Shown in pieces: positions 24,157 to 27,011 of a stretch of DNA of 27,011 nucleotides. This DNA comes from Acidimicrobiia bacterium (lineage in GTDB: Bacteria; Actinomycetota; Acidimicrobiia; Spongiisociales; UBA11373). The position numbers and the translations under genes are program-made. Under the pieces are notes generated by a model. The model made no database searches. It was not told the origin of the DNA and saw only the letters and a program-made list of their open reading frames with translations. The first letter of the stretch is position 1. Every line of letters starts with the position of its first letter. The stretch is from positions 1 through 27,011 of the forward strand of contig DATHYU010000256.1 of the NCBI GenBank assembly GCA_035458965.1. Direction: 5' to 3'.

Positions 24157-25077
24157 TCAGCCCAGTTCCTCGGCGAGTGCGGCGTCGAGATCCGAGTCCT
24201 CGAAGACGAAGCCCGAGGCCTCGAGCTTCTGTGACGACGCACGGGTGCTGTCGAACAGGGTGCTCTTGGCGAGACCGGAGCCGAGGAAGATCCGCATGGC
24301 GAACTTCGGGATGGGCAGCCATACCGGCCGGCGAAGCGCACGGCCCACCGCCTTCATGAACTGCTTGTTGGTCGCCGGCGCCGGGGAGACGACGTTGACC
24401 GGTCCGGAGACGTCGGAGGTGAGGAGGTGGACGAAGGCCCGGATCGTGTCGTCCATCGAAACCCATGACCACCATTGCCGGCCGCTGCCGATCCACCCGC
24501 CGAGACCCCACTTGTACGGACTGAGCCATGCCGGACCGAACGGGGCGAGCAGCCGGCCGAGCGCTCCCCCGCCGCCATCGAGGACGATGCCCGTCCGGGG
24601 CGTGACGACTCGGATGCCGGCGTCGGCGGCCGGAGCGGTCTCTGCCTCCCAGTCCGCGCAGACCTTCGGGAAGAACCCCTCACCCTGGGACATGTCCTCC
24701 GTCAGCACCTCGTCCCCGCGGTCGCCGTAATACCCCACCGCGGAGGCGCTGAGGAAGACGGACGGCTTGCGGTCGAGGCCGGCCAGGGTCTGCGCCAGGA
24801 GCCGGGTGGTCTGGATGCGGCTGTCGTACACGAGCTCCTTCTCGGCGGCGGTCCACCGCCGCTCCCCGATGCTGCGCCCGTTCAGGTTGATGACGGCGTC
24901 GACTCCCTCGAAGGCCTCGGCGTCGATGACGCCGGCGGCCGGGTCCCAGGTGATCTCCCCGGGTGTGGCGCCGGAGGCGGAACGCGTCACGCGACCGACG
25001 GTATGGCCTGCGGCCTCGAGCGCGGCGACGAGCTTCGTCCCGATGAGACCGCTCGAGCCGGTGATGACGATGTGCAT
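24157..25077 (-). CDS. TIGR01777 family oxidoreductase (YfcH-like atypical SDR)
   Basis: [67 protein letters not shown] 25077. Confidence 0.92.
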   Translation of the reverse strand: MHIVITGSSGLIGTKLVAALEAAGHTVGRVTRSASGATPGEITWDPAAGVIDAEAFEGVDAVINLNGRSIGERRWTAAEKELVYDSRIQTTRLLAQTLAGLDRKPSVFLSASAVGYYGDRGDEVLTEDMSQGEGFFPKVCADWEAETAPAADAGIRVVTPRTGIVLDGGGGALGRLLAPFGPAWLSPYKWGLGGWIGSGRQWWSWVSMDDTIRAFVHLLTSDVSGPVNVVSPAPATNKQFMKAVGRALRRPVWLPIPKFAMRIFLGSGLAKSTLFDSTRASSQKLEASGFVFEDSDLDAALAEELG

Positions 25078-25124
25078 GGGACTCCGATCCGGCGGGTGTC
25101 CGGAGCGTAGGAAGCCCGGCGACG

Positions 25125-25778
25125 CTACTCGTCGCGGAGCTCGTCGAGTGCCGCTTCGATCCGAACTCGCCATGCATCGGCCATCGCCCCGAGCGGGTCC
25201 TCGTGACCGGTGAAGTCGCCGGGGAAGATCGGCTCGCACACCATCGTGGCCATCGGCCGGCGCTCGATGCGCATCTGGCCTCGCCCCATGGCGTCGTCGC
25301 TGCCGGAGACGGCCACCGGAACGAGGGGCACCCCGGCCTTGCGGGCGAGCCAGGCGGCACCGCGCTTGGGAGCCATCTCTCCCCAGGTCCACACCCGAAC
25401 GCCTTCGGGGAAGAGGCCGACGCTCCCGCCGTCGCGCAGCTCCTCGAGGGCCGTCCGGAGGGCGCCGAGCGGAGCCCGGGTGCGCGACATGGGAATGGCG
25501 CCGAGCCAGGTGGTGAGCCAGTCGAAGAACGCCGACGATCCGTACAGCTCGTCGACGGCGAGGTACCGGACCGGGCGGCCGACGGTCGCACCGACGAGAA
25601 CGGGATCGAGGTGCGAGAAGTGGTTCGCGGCGAACACCACGGGTCCGTCCGGGATCCGCTCGCGGCCGTGGATCCGAAGGGGAAACCAAGTGCGCATGAG
25701 CAACCGCGCAGGCCGCGACATCGCCTGCCAGAACACCTTCCCGCCGCCAGGGAACGGATGGTCAGCCGGTGGCGACAA
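25125..25778 (-). CDS. Lysophospholipid acyltransferase (PlsC-like); start uncertain
   Basis: NHFSHLD (HxxxxD), GAIP, LFPEG, KRGAA motifs. Confidence 0.88.
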   Translation of the reverse strand: MSPPADHPFPGGGKVFWQAMSRPARLLMRTWFPLRIHGRERIPDGPVVFAANHFSHLDPVLVGATVGRPVRYLAVDELYGSSAFFDWLTTWLGAIPMSRTRAPLGALRTALEELRDGGSVGLFPEGVRVWTWGEMAPKRGAAWLARKAGVPLVPVAVSGSDDAMGRGQMRIERRPMATMVCEPIFPGDFTGHEDPLGAMADAWRVRIEAALDELRDE

Positions 25779-26826
25779 GGTCGGAGAAGAGCGCCGCGAA
25801 CGCGATGTCGGGACGCTGGTTGGCTTCGAGGGACTCGATGGTGGCGAGCACGCGCACGGCGTGCTCGACGGCGACCACGGGACGGATCGATGCGAGCGCG
25901 GTGCCCGACACCTCCCGGTTGCGGACGGGAGCGCCGAACTGCGCCGCGGCCGCGTCGCGATACCACGACGCGAGGATCTCGAGGCCCGTCACGTGCAGTG
26001 CCGACGCCGCCCTCCGCCGCTCACGCTCGTGACGCTCCTTGACCACCCTGGTCGAGCCGCCGTCCTCCTCCGCCACGGCGAGCTCCGCCGCCTGGCGCTC
26101 CGCGAGCGCCTCCATCAGCGGCTTGGCCGCGGTGACGAGCTCCTCCGCGAGACGGAAGGCATCCCCCGGCCGCTCGGTGAGGCGCTGGGGCACGTCGAGC
26201 CATGCGGCCCGGAACGCCGCCACCTCGGGACGGGTCGCCAGCATCCGGGCGAGGCCGGGGCGTCCTCCCGACGTCGCCGCCGCCCGGACCGCCTGGTCGT
26301 GGCCGACGCCCGCCGCCTCCAACGCGGCGACGACCTCGTCCTCGGTGACGCGGCCGAAGAAGACCGTGCGACACCGACTGGCGACCGTGGCGGGGAGGTC
26401 GTCCTCCGATTCGGTGACGAGCAGGAACACCGTCGTCGCGGTCGGCTCCTCGAGGGTCTTCAGGAGAGCGTTCGCCGCCTCGTCGTTCATCATGCCCGCC
26501 TCCTCGAAGAGGAAGACCTTGCGTGGTGCCTCCACGGGCGACAGCACCGCCCGGGAGACCGTGGCGCGCGCCTGATCCACCGTCAGCGACGTCCGGCCGT
26601 CCGGTTCGACGAGGTGCAGGTCGGGATGGAGACCCTCGACGACCCGCCGCGTGCAGGACGGGTCCTGGCCCGGGCAGAGGAGGAGCGAGGCGAACCGTCG
26701 CGCCACGGTGGCCTTGCCGACCGAGGAGGGCCCGACGAACAGGTAGGCCTGGGCGGGAGCCGACGCCTCCCGATCGAGGAGCGCGGTGACGGTGCCGTGT
26801 CCGATCACGTCGGCGAACCCGGTCAC
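25762..26826 (-). CDS. holB: DNA polymerase III subunit delta'
   Basis: AQAYLFVGPSSVGK, HPDLH, AANALLKTLEEP, TVASRC (SRC motif); directly downstream of tmk with GTGA overlap. Confidence 0.92.
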   Translation of the reverse strand: MTGFADVIGHGTVTALLDREASAPAQAYLFVGPSSVGKATVARRFASLLLCPGQDPSCTRRVVEGLHPDLHLVEPDGRTSLTVDQARATVSRAVLSPVEAPRKVFLFEEAGMMNDEAANALLKTLEEPTATTVFLLVTESEDDLPATVASRCRTVFFGRVTEDEVVAALEAAGVGHDQAVRAAATSGGRPGLARMLATRPEVAAFRAAWLDVPQRLTERPGDAFRLAEELVTAAKPLMEALAERQAAELAVAEEDGGSTRVVKERHERERRRAASALHVTGLEILASWYRDAAAAQFGAPVRNREVSGTALASIRPVVAVEHAVRVLATIESLEANQRPDIAFAALFSDLVATG

Positions 26827-27011
26827 AGACGGCCCCTGATCGCGTCGAGTGCTCTCGTGACGGTCTCGGCGAGCGGCGCCGAGGCATCGACGACGACGAA
26901 TCGCTCGGGGTCGGCCGCGGCCAGGGAGGCGTAGGCGGCGGCCACGCGCCGCTGCAACTCCGCACCCTCCACGCTGATCCGATCGGCCGTGTCCTCACGC
27001 GCCAGGGCCGC
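26823..27011 (-). CDS. tmk: Thymidylate kinase, C-terminal fragment (5' part outside the window)
   Basis: Manual translation AALAREDTADRISVEGAELQRRVAAAYASLAAADPERFVVVDASAPLAETVTRALDAIRGRL* matches the Tmk C-terminus; tmk-holB synteny. Confidence 0.85.
   Translation of the reverse strand, partial: AALAREDTADRISVEGAELQRRVAAAYASLAAADPERFVVVDASAPLAETVTRALDAIRGRL

Noticed and set aside
1-27011. CRISPR array, IS/transposase, integrase, rRNA, selenocysteine or other recoding
   Set aside because: No spaced repeat array, mobile-element motifs, rRNA-like sequence or in-frame stops inside conserved genes were seen on reading.

Overview
High-GC (roughly 70% by eye) bacterial DNA with actinobacterial gene content and signals (TANNNT -10 boxes, leaderless starts, tmk-holB synteny); Actinomycetota, possibly Acidimicrobiia, is an inference. 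Four blocks. (1) 1-2472: a small enzyme module of an SDR epimerase (runs off the window start), an alpha/beta-hydrolase lacking the canonical Ser/His triad residues and a divergent CE4/NodB deacetylase, ending at a structured intergenic region with a degenerate tRNA-3'-like stretch. (2) 2581-17480: a ~15 kb polyamine/guanidino-amine uptake and catabolism cluster: GNAT-agmatinase-PuuB-like oxidase; class-III aminotransferase-ald-Lrp/AsnC; potABCD-like ABC transporter; ALDH-C45 Ntn hydrolase-second GNAT-second ALDH. No gamma-glutamyl ligase (PuuA/GlnA-like) or PuuD is present in the window. Instead there are two ~49% identical GNAT paralogues and a C45 amidohydrolase, which suggests an acylation/deacylation-protected route (best candidate for an undescribed system; hypothesis only). 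(3) 17546-21621: PaaG-like crotonase, an unknown Cys-rich lipoprotein with a ZU5-like domain, a pirin with a perfect palindromic operator, and small unknown ORFs. (4) 21715-27011: acyl-CoA dehydrogenase, flavin oxidoreductase, TIGR01777 SDR, PlsC-type acyltransferase, holB and the 3' end of tmk. No rRNA, intact tRNA, CRISPR array, transposase or integrase was seen. Many ORF-track entries are GC-rich shadow ORFs, and several starts were re-assigned by hand.
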